From Nitrosospira sp. 56-18 (lineage in GTDB: Bacteria; Pseudomonadota; Gammaproteobacteria; Burkholderiales; Nitrosomonadaceae), in assembly GCA_001899235.1 (NCBI GenBank), contig MKVR01000052.1, forward strand, positions 98,944 through 162,943: a DNA stretch of 64,000 nt, given 5' to 3'. How positions within the stretch are numbered: the stretch's first letter is position 1; the number at the start of each line of letters is the position of its first letter. This document shows positions 19,899-29,134 of the stretch, piece after piece. The notes under the pieces are model-generated. The model made no database searches, was not told the origin of the DNA, and saw nothing but the letters and a program-made list of their open reading frames with translations. The position numbers and the translations under genes are program-made.

Positions 19899-20327
19899 CT
19901 ATTCCCGCAGAAGATTCCCCTCCCTGTTCCTTGCGTCTTTCGCATTGCCCCTGAGGACCAGGGCAGTTGCCTCGGTCCTGGCGTTTTCCACAATGGTATC
20001 CATGTAGGAACGGGCGAAAGCGGGGCCGGTCTTATCGGCCGCCAACGCAAGCTGAAGCCGCTGGGCGCGTTTTTTGCAGGTACTCTCCGCCGTGTCCACG
20101 ACCAGCCGGACATCGGTCGAGCCCAGTCTCATCTTTTCCGCGTTCGACCAGACGCAGACCGAGTAATCCTTCGCGGCCTTCCTTGCGGATTCTCCCACCT
20201 CGGCTTTCGCCGGCGCCGCGCTCGCCTGCGCCGTGCGCGGCATGGGCATGAGCGGGGGCGTATTCCTGCATCCCCCCAGGATGACGAAACCGAGCCCCAT
20301 CACTGCCATGATCACTTGCTTGCGCAT
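19899..20327 (-). CDS. Hypothetical lipoprotein
   Basis: MRKQVIMAVMGLGFVILGG-C lipobox; two internal Cys. Confidence 0.65.
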   Translation of the reverse strand: MRKQVIMAVMGLGFVILGGCRNTPPLMPMPRTAQASAAPAKAEVGESARKAAKDYSVCVWSNAEKMRLGSTDVRLVVDTAESTCKKRAQRLQLALAADKTGPAFARSYMDTIVENARTEATALVLRGNAKDARNREGNLLRE

Positions 20328-20454
20328 GATTATGAACGCTCCTTGCGACATACTTTCCATGCTGTTTTCCATGCAATTGCCGATCTGCGAGCAGGAATCG
20401 CGAGCCATCCCGCAAAGTCGCCATCGCGCCAGCAAGGATTTGTTCAGCGCTTCC

Positions 20455-20964
20455 TTAACTATCCAGCCGCTTCGCCTTCCAGTAAGCGGACTTCCAGTAA
20501 TCCTCGGTCAGGCCCGATATGGTAACGCCATACTTGGTAGAGGCATGGAGAAATTTGCCGTGTTCCAGGTAAATACCCACATGCCTGACTGACCAGCCCG
20601 TGCGGAAAAAAACCAGGTCGCCCGCTCTCAGTTTGCTTTTATCGATCTTTTCGCCCAGTTCCGCCTGAAATTCCGTCGAGCGCGGCAATATTATCCCCAG
20701 CCTGGACTTGAACGTAACGTAAATGAAACCCGAGCAATCGATTCCATCCCGGCTCAAGCCGCCGAGCTGGTAGCGCGTGTTTTTCCACTGCTCGTATTGC
20801 GCATACAGATTCTTCTTTACCTGATGCACATTATCCAGGTCCACTTTCGCGCCAGTGGGTATGGCTACCGCCTTTACCTTTGCCTTGTGTGGAACGCTGC
20901 TGCAGCCCACGAAAGCGGTCAACGTAACCAGGCCGAGAATACATAAGGATAGGGATGTTTTCAT
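20455..20964 (-). CDS. NlpC/P60 family lipoprotein (MepS/Spr-like endopeptidase)
   Basis: Lipobox FVG-C; GIDCSGF, GDLVFF, HVGIY, FLHAS catalytic motifs. Confidence 0.93.
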   Translation of the reverse strand: MKTSLSLCILGLVTLTAFVGCSSVPHKAKVKAVAIPTGAKVDLDNVHQVKKNLYAQYEQWKNTRYQLGGLSRDGIDCSGFIYVTFKSRLGIILPRSTEFQAELGEKIDKSKLRAGDLVFFRTGWSVRHVGIYLEHGKFLHASTKYGVTISGLTEDYWKSAYWKAKRLDS

Positions 20965-21560
20965 GAGCGCTCCGACTGGAAGTCCCCCTCGCGTACTGCG
21001 TGCTGCCGGAGTGGCGGGACCATTCGTTATGTTTCAGCCGCCTGCATCCCCTGCCAGGACCCTCGGCACATCGGCAGCAAATTGTGCCGATGTTGCGGCC
21101 ATACTCATGTCAAATCATGCCAGGGGAACCCGGAACGGATTTCTGCACGCGAAGAATTATTCAGGACATTCCCTGGAATGCATTGATTTTAATAAACATG
21201 AAGAAGCGGGGCAACCGGAAACTGCCGCGTATCGCCACTAGGTTTCTGATCCGTCCCGAGCCATTAAGTTCCTGAAATGGCTGGCGTTGCGGCAACCCGG
21301 ATGGCAGAACACCGGCAATGATGATCGGATAAAAAAGCTGAAGCGGCGAATGGGGTTATTTGAATACAGGATTATGGAAATGTAAAATACCGGAAATAAG
21401 AAACGCCCGCTTGCCGGTCAAAGCCGGGGCGGGCGTCCCCGAGTAGCCAGTTACCATCCTATCTTTGCGGCTGGCAACGCAGGGTAATTGCGTTGCCTCC
21501 TTACCTGCGCTGCGCCATCTCACAATCACAACGTTATAGAGCGTTACTCAAGAACCCGGG

Positions 21561-21728
21561 CTAGCACTCGCGTTGCGGTGCTCCTACTGAAGCATCGTCG
21601 CTGGGGGCATGCGTTTTGGGCTGCCCGCTTCCAAGCGCATCGGGATTGGGTTCCCCGGCCCAGGACAAGGGAGCGGCCGAGCCAATGGCCAGCAGCAATG
21701 CCAGACTGAATGAATTGAGCGTTTTCAT
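21561..21728 (-). CDS. Small secreted protein (55 aa)
   Basis: GAGG RBS, then MKTLNSFSLALLLAIGSAAPLSWA signal peptide; ~31-aa mature part ending in Cys. Confidence 0.55.
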   Translation of the reverse strand: MKTLNSFSLALLLAIGSAAPLSWAGEPNPDALGSGQPKTHAPSDDASVGAPQREC

Positions 21729-22062
21729 TTGAACCTCCTCGATCAGGCGTATCACAACATGAATAACCAGCGTGATCCGTTACTGACAAACCCCATAGGC
21801 CCAAAGCATTTGCCGCCAGACCTGACCAACTGCCTCGGCTATGAGTGACGCTGGCCCATGATTCTTTATATCACACAAAACCATATTTGTAAAGTGGTTA
21901 AAAACTCATGCAAACGTTATGGGTATTCCATAAAATGGATTTAACCAATGACTTACATTGATACTTATGGCTTCGCTGCGATGATTACCGAAATCCCTGC
22001 TGGAGGATAGCAGGCCTGGCGGTGCGCTGGATGGCTCTTCGCTCCGGCCTTTGGCGCTTTAC

Positions 22063-22440
22063 TCAGGGCATGGCATAGTCGACTGTCAGGATTTCCAGAA
22101 GATGCCCGCCCGGGTCGCGGAAATAGAGACCACGACCGCCATCATTATGGTTGATGCTCATGTTCTCGGAATTGAAAGGGCCGCAGCCATATTTGATGCT
22201 CTCCTCTTTCAGGCGCCCGAATATCTCGTCGAATTCCGTCTCGGATACCTTGAATGCATAATGGTGCGACTCGAAATCTGCACGCTCATCGAAATCCAGC
22301 GATAGCGTATCGTTCACCCTGACCACGATGAAATGCGAAAATTCGCCGATATAATCGAAGCCGAAGATTCTTGCATAGAATTTTGCCGATTGAACCTTGT
22401 CCCTTGCCGGCACGATGGTATGGTTCAGGGTGATCGCCAT
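22063..22440 (-). CDS. VOC/glyoxalase family protein
   Basis: LNHTIV..DK..SAKFY, HYAF.V, GGRGLYFRDPGGHLLE. Confidence 0.9.
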   Translation of the reverse strand: MAITLNHTIVPARDKVQSAKFYARIFGFDYIGEFSHFIVVRVNDTLSLDFDERADFESHHYAFKVSETEFDEIFGRLKEESIKYGCGPFNSENMSINHNDGGRGLYFRDPGGHLLEILTVDYAMP

Positions 22441-22529
22441 GAAATTTCCCGTATATAGGACCTTCGAAGAGTCATCGCCCACGGGAACCGATCGTCCGAT
22501 CGGCCCCCCGGCGCATCAGCGGCACGCCA

Positions 22530-22847
22530 TCATGTTATCCGCCGTGCAGTCCGCGCTTTCCTGCTTTCCCGCCTGGGGCCCGCAATCAGTCCGGCTAGCG
22601 CCACGCCGATGAGGAGAAGGCTGCCCAGGTCGGCTATCGCCTGTATGTCCTTCAAATGCGTCACGCTCTGGCCCGCGCCATGGCTTGTTCCAGTTTCAAG
22701 CGCGATATCCTCATCGATGGAAACCGCGGACTCGAACATCGGAATGGATAGCGCTGCCACGTTCCCCGCCGGTTCCGCTTCATACACCCTGTCCAGCACG
22801 AAACTTGATAAACCTACGATAGCCAGTATTACGATAGTAGCGCGCAT
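22530..22847 (-). CDS. Hypothetical exported protein with C-terminal TM + basic tail (degenerate PEP-CTERM-like)
   Basis: N-terminal hydrophobic leader; ADLGSLLLIGVALAGLIAGPRR..RK tail without PEP. Confidence 0.55.
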   Translation of the reverse strand: MRATIVILAIVGLSSFVLDRVYEAEPAGNVAALSIPMFESAVSIDEDIALETGTSHGAGQSVTHLKDIQAIADLGSLLLIGVALAGLIAGPRRESRKARTARRIT

Positions 22848-23108
22848 CGATTCTCCTCTTGTTGTCACTCTAACCAGTTGAATATCTGTGAAATAGCGAA
22901 TCCCGCATTACTTCATGCCGAAGCGATATGCCGGAAACGCTTACCGCTTCCACCTGCTATTACCATTTCCAATTTGCAGCCCATTTCCCTTATGGGACCA
23001 TGGTTTAACCGCGGAGTTCCGGAAAAAAATAGGTTTAACGCAATCTTTAACTGGAATCCAAGACTGGTGAGGGAGAGGAATATTGAACCCGAATCCGGTG
23101 GACTGCTC

Positions 23109-23792
23109 TTATCCCCGCATCAACCTCGCAACAGTGTCGTATAGCCACGCAACCAGCGCCTGGGCATTGGCGCCGTGATGTATTTCGCGGTGGCAGTTAG
23201 GGCACAGCGCGACCGCGTTGGTTACGGTATCGCCGCCCCCTTCCGCCAGTGGCTGCAGATAATGAAGTTCCAGGTAGGGCAGGCCGTCAGTGCCCCGGAA
23301 GGGCGCCGGTTTTTCGCAGCCTTCGCAAACTCCCTTCGCCTGCTGTAGAACCCAGGCCTGGACCAGGGGATTGCGTTGAAATTGTGTCACGCTGATCCGC
23401 CTCGATTCCAGGACCGGCATGCCATCCGGCTGGGCAAGATTTTTTTGACCGGCTCCTTCCCGCGCCGCGATCTCGAAAGCCACGATGGGCAGATCGTTAT
23501 ATCCGCCGATTTCTTCCAGCAATGCCTCGATCCTCGCCGCAATATCGGTGCCGACATTTTTGGCGGGCTTGACGCCCATCAGCCAGCTTCGCCCGACCAG
23601 CGAAAGCACGTATGAAATATTCTGCATCCTGTTTTCGTATGCTTTTTCGCTCCGGCCAAACGTTCGCGCGAGTTTTTTGCAGTACTGCTTCTTTACGAAA
23701 ATGTTTCCTGCCCGCTCGTGCTCCAGCATTTCGACGTAGGCTTCCACCGTCGCTCTCAGCTCTTCGCTATCCCAGTCTTTGTCCGTCGCCAT
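23109..23792 (-). CDS. HNH endonuclease, McrA-like C-terminus
   Basis: CEGC..APF..DGLPYLELHY..PLAEGG.DTVTNAVALCPNCHREIH; start MATDKDW. Confidence 0.85.
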   Translation of the reverse strand: MATDKDWDSEELRATVEAYVEMLEHERAGNIFVKKQYCKKLARTFGRSEKAYENRMQNISYVLSLVGRSWLMGVKPAKNVGTDIAARIEALLEEIGGYNDLPIVAFEIAAREGAGQKNLAQPDGMPVLESRRISVTQFQRNPLVQAWVLQQAKGVCEGCEKPAPFRGTDGLPYLELHYLQPLAEGGGDTVTNAVALCPNCHREIHHGANAQALVAWLYDTVARLMRG

Positions 23793-23956
23793 ATACGCCC
23801 ATACCGTGCCCCGGCCCCGCTCCACTCGAAAAAAAACTCTCATCCCAATAATCCCTGGACATACACTAATGCCTTGCCGCATTTTCTGCAACGCCGCGTT
23901 TTGTGAAGCGGCAAGCAGGCTCCTGTATTCCTGGCCGCGAAATCGAGGAAAATCCG

Positions 23957-24385
23957 ATGAAAATTGATGTGAAAACCGGAAACTGCCTTATCACCCTCGC
24001 CGCATTCATCCTTGTCCTGGCAAGCGGAATGACTGCTGTTGCGCAGGACAGCGAAAATTCCTCCGGACGACAGAAAAGCGCGGCAACACCAAAATCCTCC
24101 AGAATCTCCCATCCACCTTGCGGAGGGCCGGGCGCTATTCCCTGCCCTGGCGGGATGAGATGCATCGACGACCCCACAGACAGCTGCGATCCGGAAAAAG
24201 ATGGAATCAACTGTCCCGGCCTTTGCGCGGCGGGGGTCTCCGTCAGCAAAGCAAAACAGTCCTGCGGCGGAACCACCAGCATTACCTGTCCCGCGGGCAT
24301 GGCCTGCGTGGATGACACGGCAGATAACTGCGATCCCACGAAGGGTGGCATCGATTGCGCAGGGATGTGCGCAGGCAAGCCCTGA
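23957..24385 (+). CDS. Secreted Cys-rich protein with two 6-Cys repeats
   Basis: Signal peptide; two units CGG-x5-CP-xGM-xC-xDD-xxD-xCDP-xK-xGI-xC-xG-xC. Confidence 0.8.
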   Translation: MKIDVKTGNCLITLAAFILVLASGMTAVAQDSENSSGRQKSAATPKSSRISHPPCGGPGAIPCPGGMRCIDDPTDSCDPEKDGINCPGLCAAGVSVSKAKQSCGGTTSITCPAGMACVDDTADNCDPTKGGIDCAGMCAGKP

Positions 24386-24514
24386 TCCATTCGCTCTTTC
24401 CGGTTGTAATACGAAAAAACCATAAGCTTATCGAATTATCGTATAAATCCTGCAACAAACCCTCGCTACAATTCAAGCTCCTACTTTTGTTTTGTTCACC
24501 AGCAGGAGCATGCA

Positions 24515-24745
24515 ATGTCGCGATATATTGTTTATGTGCGAACCGAAGAGGGCCATATCATGCGGATGAAGAATGTAGTCTACGGGTTTCAGCATGCGAT
24601 AGAAGACTCCTACGGCGCCATGGCTCCCTACACCCACGAAGAGCCACTCGAAGGATTTCCCGAGTCAGTAGTGTTGTGGGCTTCCAGTACGGGGCCTGCC
24701 GTGGGCATCGCCCCGCTTGCCTCTCATTTCGCTAGGGCCTGTTAA
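24515..24745 (+). CDS. Small hypothetical protein, paralog 1 of 4
   Basis: CAGGAG RBS; YxxYxR..G..R / HEEPLEGFPES.V.WA..GP..GIAP shared with the other three copies. Confidence 0.8.
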   Translation: MSRYIVYVRTEEGHIMRMKNVVYGFQHAIEDSYGAMAPYTHEEPLEGFPESVVLWASSTGPAVGIAPLASHFARAC

Positions 24746-25009
24746 TACTTGTTTCGCGCCCACGCTGCTGCGCGAAAAAGCGTGAGGGCAAGGCGCGAAG
24801 CGCAGGGCATAGCAGACCTATGGCCAAGCTTTGCAACGCCGCACCCGCGTTTTTTTCGTGCGCAACCCGGAGGGACGGGACGGAATTTCATCCAACCCAT
24901 CGTTACTCGCCGCTTGCAGGGCTCACTCTGCTGCGCGGCTCGTGCTCCGTTCCGGCTGAAATTCGCTACCACTCTGGGTCGTGCGCGCGAAACAAGTATT
25001 AACAGGCCC
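24735..25009. mobile_element. MITE-like element with 25-bp terminal inverted repeats
   Basis: GGGCCTGTTAATACTTGTTTCGCGC (24735-24759) and its exact reverse complement (24985-25009); no credible ORF inside. Confidence 0.75.
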
Positions 25010-25202
25010 CAGGTAACAACGCCTCGATTGACGGGCTGCGGGTTGCCCGCAATTATCCCGATCTTCCCACACCCGCTTTTGCGCCCGAAAAACCCGATGG
25101 TATCCAGGAAGGGAATTTCGCCTGCATCCCCTCTTCCCTTCCTTACGCCTGTCCGAGGGAGAGATGAATACAAACTCTGCTTCACCCGATGTTTTAAACG
25201 AA

Positions 25203-25412
25203 ATGACCGGATACGTGCTCTATATCCGCACCGGGGAAGGAACTGTCCGGCGCAGGAGCAGTCATCCTGTTTTCTGGTGTTATGAATCGCTCATTCCTTA
25301 CCGGCACGAGGAACTGCTGAGCGGATGGCCTGAAGCGAGAGTATTCTGGGCAAGGCCAACCGGCCCCAGCATAGGTATTGCTCCCCTTCGCGGCCTTTCC
25401 AGACTGGATTAG
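25203..25412 (+). CDS. Small hypothetical protein, paralog 2 of 4
   Basis: MTGYVLYIRTGEG..HEELLSGWPEARVFWARPTGPSIGIAP. Confidence 0.8.
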   Translation: MTGYVLYIRTGEGTVRRRSSHPVFWCYESLIPYRHEELLSGWPEARVFWARPTGPSIGIAPLRGLSRLD

Positions 25413-25737
25413 CCGAGCGTCCATACCTCCTCCACACGCGAGCCGTCTGTATCGCACTTGCTTCTGTTCCTGCTTCCTGCTGGTGGACAGGGCCGACGGA
25501 CCGACGGTTGGCCCACGCCAATCCGGCCTGCTTCGCCATGTCCACGCACCAGGCGTCTTTCCCCATATCCTGGCGCCCATCGCGATGCCGCCTCCGCTCC
25601 AAAGCAGCACGATGGAACTAAAACCCTGGCACGATAGGGCTATTCCCCCTACTCAGTGCGAAAGATTTGTTCTACTGTTTGTTCAGACTCTTTTTACGTA
25701 GAACCTTTTTTTCGCAATGCTGATTCGAGGAGGACAT

Positions 25738-25947
25738 ATGGCGCACATATATATCCCCTATCTCCGAACTGCCGATGGCACGATCAAGCGCGTTGCCGAT
25801 GCTTTTTTCGATTCTCCTGACGACCGTCTTGGGCCTTTCCTGCATGAGGAACCGTTGACCGGGTGGCCGGAATCGAAGGTGGTATGGGCAAAGAAGTCAG
25901 GCCCGACCGTAGGTTTTGCCCTCTCAGGCAACTCATCCCCGGACTGA
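25738..25947 (+). CDS. Small hypothetical protein, paralog 3 of 4
   Basis: GAGGAGG RBS; MAHIYIPYLRTADG..HEEPLTGWPESKVVWAKKSGPTVGFA. Confidence 0.8.
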   Translation: MAHIYIPYLRTADGTIKRVADAFFDSPDDRLGPFLHEEPLTGWPESKVVWAKKSGPTVGFALSGNSSPD

Positions 25948-25975
25948 TCGCCCAGGCTCCTGCGCGCTTCACTTC

Positions 25976-27124
25976 TTATCGGGCATTGCCCGGCTGGTCG
26001 CTGACGGAACCCGTACCCTCTCCCGCGCCTTCACCGCTGGCGGGAACCCGTTTTTTCAAGGATTCCTCAGGCATTTCACTGCGTGGAATCGTGCCGCCTG
26101 TCCCCGGTCTCACGCCCCGCTGGACCCGATCCCTTCCCAGTCCGCTGTCCGTAGCGGGCGAGCGCTCAAGCCCGCGCTCTCCCCCCTTCACATCAGTTTG
26201 CCTGCCAAAGCCCGGCTGCGAACCCGATTCCTGCTCCGACTCCGCCGCCCGTCCTTTTACATCGGTTTTCCTGGCAGCGGCATTTTCCGCACCGCCTGGA
26301 TAAGGCATGGCAGTGGTAGTTGCCTCTTTTCCTTTCGCCCCAGGCTGCCTGATAGCCGCCCTTTCGGTGCCGGGCGCAAGATCATCCGAAGTCCTGGCGC
26401 CACCGTAGATGCGCTTCGGCTCCCCGGGCATGTGCTTTGTCCCCGACACGGTCCGTCTCTCTTCCCTTCCCGTTCCCGTTGCACCGCCATAAGGACGGTA
26501 GGGTTGCTGCAAGTCCTGCGAGCCGGTTGCCGGATTCCGCGAGTCGGATGAATACTGGCCTGCTGCCGGGCCACCGTATGTGTGCAACGGATCGACAGGC
26601 GCATTTCGCGAATCCATTATCGACTGGTTCGTATTGGTGCCTGTTGCACCATATGCACCATAACCGCCGGCCGTCCCGTAAGCGCCATAGCCGGACCCGC
26701 CATAGGTGCCGGAGGCACCCTGGCTTCCATAGGCGCCGCTTTGTCCGAGGGGAGTGTTTCTCGGATCGGCGGGATATTGCCCGCCCGCGCCGCCGTACGC
26801 GCGCTGGGGATTAACGGATCTGTTTCGCCGCTCGTACGAATCGTAGGGGTATTGGCCACCTCCAGTCAGCCCCCTGTCCGCATCCCGTTGCCCAACCGGA
26901 CTATTCCGGGTATCCGTCCCATATCCTGCCCCCACGGAACCTCTCTGGGTCATGGGAACGTTTCTCACATCTTCAAACTGTCCCGCAGGCGCCCCTCCCT
27001 GCCCCTGGCTGCCAAATTGCCCGGCCCCCGGTATTTGCGCGCACACCACGCCTGCCATTCCACCGCACAGGCCGGCAAGCAGGGCCATGCGTGCTCCACG
27101 GATGATAATGGAAGAACTCTTCAT
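25976..27124 (-). CDS. Secreted Gly/Tyr-rich low-complexity repeat protein
   Basis: Signal peptide ending VCA; repeated GQY..D.RN.P and YGG motifs. Confidence 0.7.
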   Translation of the reverse strand: MKSSSIIIRGARMALLAGLCGGMAGVVCAQIPGAGQFGSQGQGGAPAGQFEDVRNVPMTQRGSVGAGYGTDTRNSPVGQRDADRGLTGGGQYPYDSYERRNRSVNPQRAYGGAGGQYPADPRNTPLGQSGAYGSQGASGTYGGSGYGAYGTAGGYGAYGATGTNTNQSIMDSRNAPVDPLHTYGGPAAGQYSSDSRNPATGSQDLQQPYRPYGGATGTGREERRTVSGTKHMPGEPKRIYGGARTSDDLAPGTERAAIRQPGAKGKEATTTAMPYPGGAENAAARKTDVKGRAAESEQESGSQPGFGRQTDVKGGERGLERSPATDSGLGRDRVQRGVRPGTGGTIPRSEMPEESLKKRVPASGEGAGEGTGSVSDQPGNAR

Positions 27125-27578
27125 AATGCACCTCGCCTAGATAGCATTGACCTCAACATAATATACGTCTGCCCGATGTTCCGTTCGGATGCGCACGATA
27201 TTGGATATCGGAAAGCGCGAATGCTCCCCATGGTGGTTTTCATCAATGAGTATATGCCTGAACGGCTGATTCTGATACCCATTCTATTCGAGCGGGGGTG
27301 AAAACCGCCTTCCGAAAAACCATGTCAGCGCCGCTGGAAGAAAAATCCCACTTTGATAATACGAAAGTGCCAGAAGAAACTTGCAATCCCGATCATTGGC
27401 ACTATGCTGGCAGACAACAGTGATGCCGGTATCGGTCTGCAAGTCTGGCGCCGCGATAAATTTCCGTAAAAACAGTGGCTAGCCTATGGCGCAAGGCCAC
27501 GGGCGATCTTTCCAGCAACCGGCTCACCCCCTCAAGTATCCGAGCCTATAGCACCTAATAATGCGGAGAGACCATAAA

Positions 27579-27845
27579 ATGGCGGAATATGTCGTATATA
27601 TGAGGCAGCAGGACGGCAGGATCGAGCGGGTGGACTACGCCTTTGCGAATTACCCGGATGGCCCGGTACAGTTTTATGTGTATGAGGAACAGCTAATGGG
27701 TTTTCCAGAATCGAAGGTTTTCTGGGCAGCGCACTCCGGACCCAGCCTGGGAATTGCGCCTCTCGTCCCTTGCACGAACAGCGCCAATACTGCCGACCAC
27801 CCCGGATCATCCTCCAGTGGCACGCCGCCAGCACCAGGGAGCTAA
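27579..27845 (+). CDS. Small hypothetical protein, paralog 4 of 4
   Basis: GGAGAG RBS; MAEYVVYMRQQDG..YEEQLMGFPESKVFWAAHSGPSLGIAP. Confidence 0.8.
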   Translation: MAEYVVYMRQQDGRIERVDYAFANYPDGPVQFYVYEEQLMGFPESKVFWAAHSGPSLGIAPLVPCTNSANTADHPGSSSSGTPPAPGS

Positions 27846-28030
27846 AACCCGGGCCTTGCATTTCCACCGCAAGCCGGATAGCACTTTGTACTGGTTTTGT
27901 GGCCGGGAGAACCAGTGTGTGATACCGCACAGCATGAACCGCCCACAAGCATTAAGCTGGTTTCCAATGCCGTATCGAAAGCTACCTGATGCGGCAAACC
28001 ACTTTAAACTTTTTTGACAGGAGATGAACA

Positions 28031-28216
28031 ATGAATAAAGATCAAGTGAAAGGAACGGCCAAAGACATCGCAGGAAAAATCCAGGAAGAAGCTGGAAGGG
28101 TGGTAGGAAGCAAAGAGCAGGAAGCCAAGGGACTTGGCAAACAGATCTCCGGCAAGGCCCAAAAGAAATATGGGGACGCCAAGGAAGCCGTCAAGGACGC
28201 GGCAGACAAGCTTTAA
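28031..28216 (+). CDS. csbD: CsbD family stress protein
   Basis: MNKDQVKG..K...GKIQE.AG...G...EAKG...Q..GK.QK.YGD.KE pattern. Confidence 0.92.
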   Translation: MNKDQVKGTAKDIAGKIQEEAGRVVGSKEQEAKGLGKQISGKAQKKYGDAKEAVKDAADKL

Positions 28217-28239
28217 GCCGTCTTCCTCATCTGCCTCCC

Positions 28240-28265
28240 AACCCGCTTCGGCGGGTTTTTTGTTT
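28240..28265 (+). terminator. Rho-independent terminator
   Basis: AACCCGC-ttcg-GCGGGTT + T run. Confidence 0.85.
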
Positions 28266-28316
28266 GCCGTTCCTAGAGAAGCGCTGAGTCGTAAATTCAT
28301 TGCATAAAAAATCCCC

Positions 28317-28391
28317 GTCATTCCGGACGCCGCGCCAGCGGCGAGGCGGAATCCAGAGTTTTTTCAAGCTACTGGATTCTCGCCCTTCCAC
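28317..28391 (+). repeat. GTCATTCC-type REP-like element, copy A
   Basis: GTCATTCCGGACGCCGCG..GGAATCCAG..TTCAAGCTACTGGATT; shared with 29135-29213 and 32969-33047. Confidence 0.75.
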
Positions 28392-28422
28392 ACCGTTTCA
28401 CCAGAGCGATGGATCGACCGAA

Positions 28423-28848
28423 TCATTGCACAGGCACAGGCGGGTCACGGGTTTCGCCCGCGACGAACTTGATGGCATCGCCAGTGCATATCACCACTTT
28501 CGAACAATCATATTTGGCGCTGGGGTTCCGGGGAACCTCGCATTGCAGATTGATGATTCCGTCCGCGCCCGCCTGTTGCGCCACATATTGGGCCTGGAGG
28601 ATCGCATCCCTTTTTGTCGCAGCGCGGCCCCAGAATGAATTCTTGCAGGAAACACCTTCGATCCCTTTCAGGATAGCAAATTTCTGCCGGGTGATTTTCG
28701 CCTGGTTGTAGAGTTTTACCGCGCGGACAGCGTTGAGCTGCTCAGGCGGCAAATCGTCCATTTTGATACTCGGCGCCCGCGGCACCGAGTTGCAAGCGGA
28801 AATTCCCGTCACCAGAATGAAGATGATAGTGTGATTTCTGATAGTCAC
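28423..28848 (-). CDS. RcsF/YbjQ-like fold lipoprotein
   Basis: Lipobox ISA-C; IEGVSC..AI.QAQ.VA...GADGIINLQC..C...ICTGDAIK; start (GTG) uncertain. Confidence 0.55.
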   Translation of the reverse strand: MTIRNHTIIFILVTGISACNSVPRAPSIKMDDLPPEQLNAVRAVKLYNQAKITRQKFAILKGIEGVSCKNSFWGRAATKRDAILQAQYVAQQAGADGIINLQCEVPRNPSAKYDCSKVVICTGDAIKFVAGETRDPPVPVQ

Positions 28849-29134
28849 GAGCAGTTTCCGGGAACAGGCTGGTAGTCTAGAACAAACATCCGGTTCCGGA
28901 TCAATATCTGGCAAGGGGCGCATCTGGCAACTCATGGAATTTACCCCGATTCTGGATTGCTTCGTAAATCCCACAAACGATCCCATATTGATCGACAGTG
29001 ACCGGATAAATCCGGAATTCACCCGCTTTTCAGACAATCGAGCCAGGAGCAAAGTATAGGAGAGGTTCAGTGGAATGGGAATAAGCGGTGAACGGATGCG
29101 TGCACACCGGAGGCGGGATCCTCAGCTATTCCAT

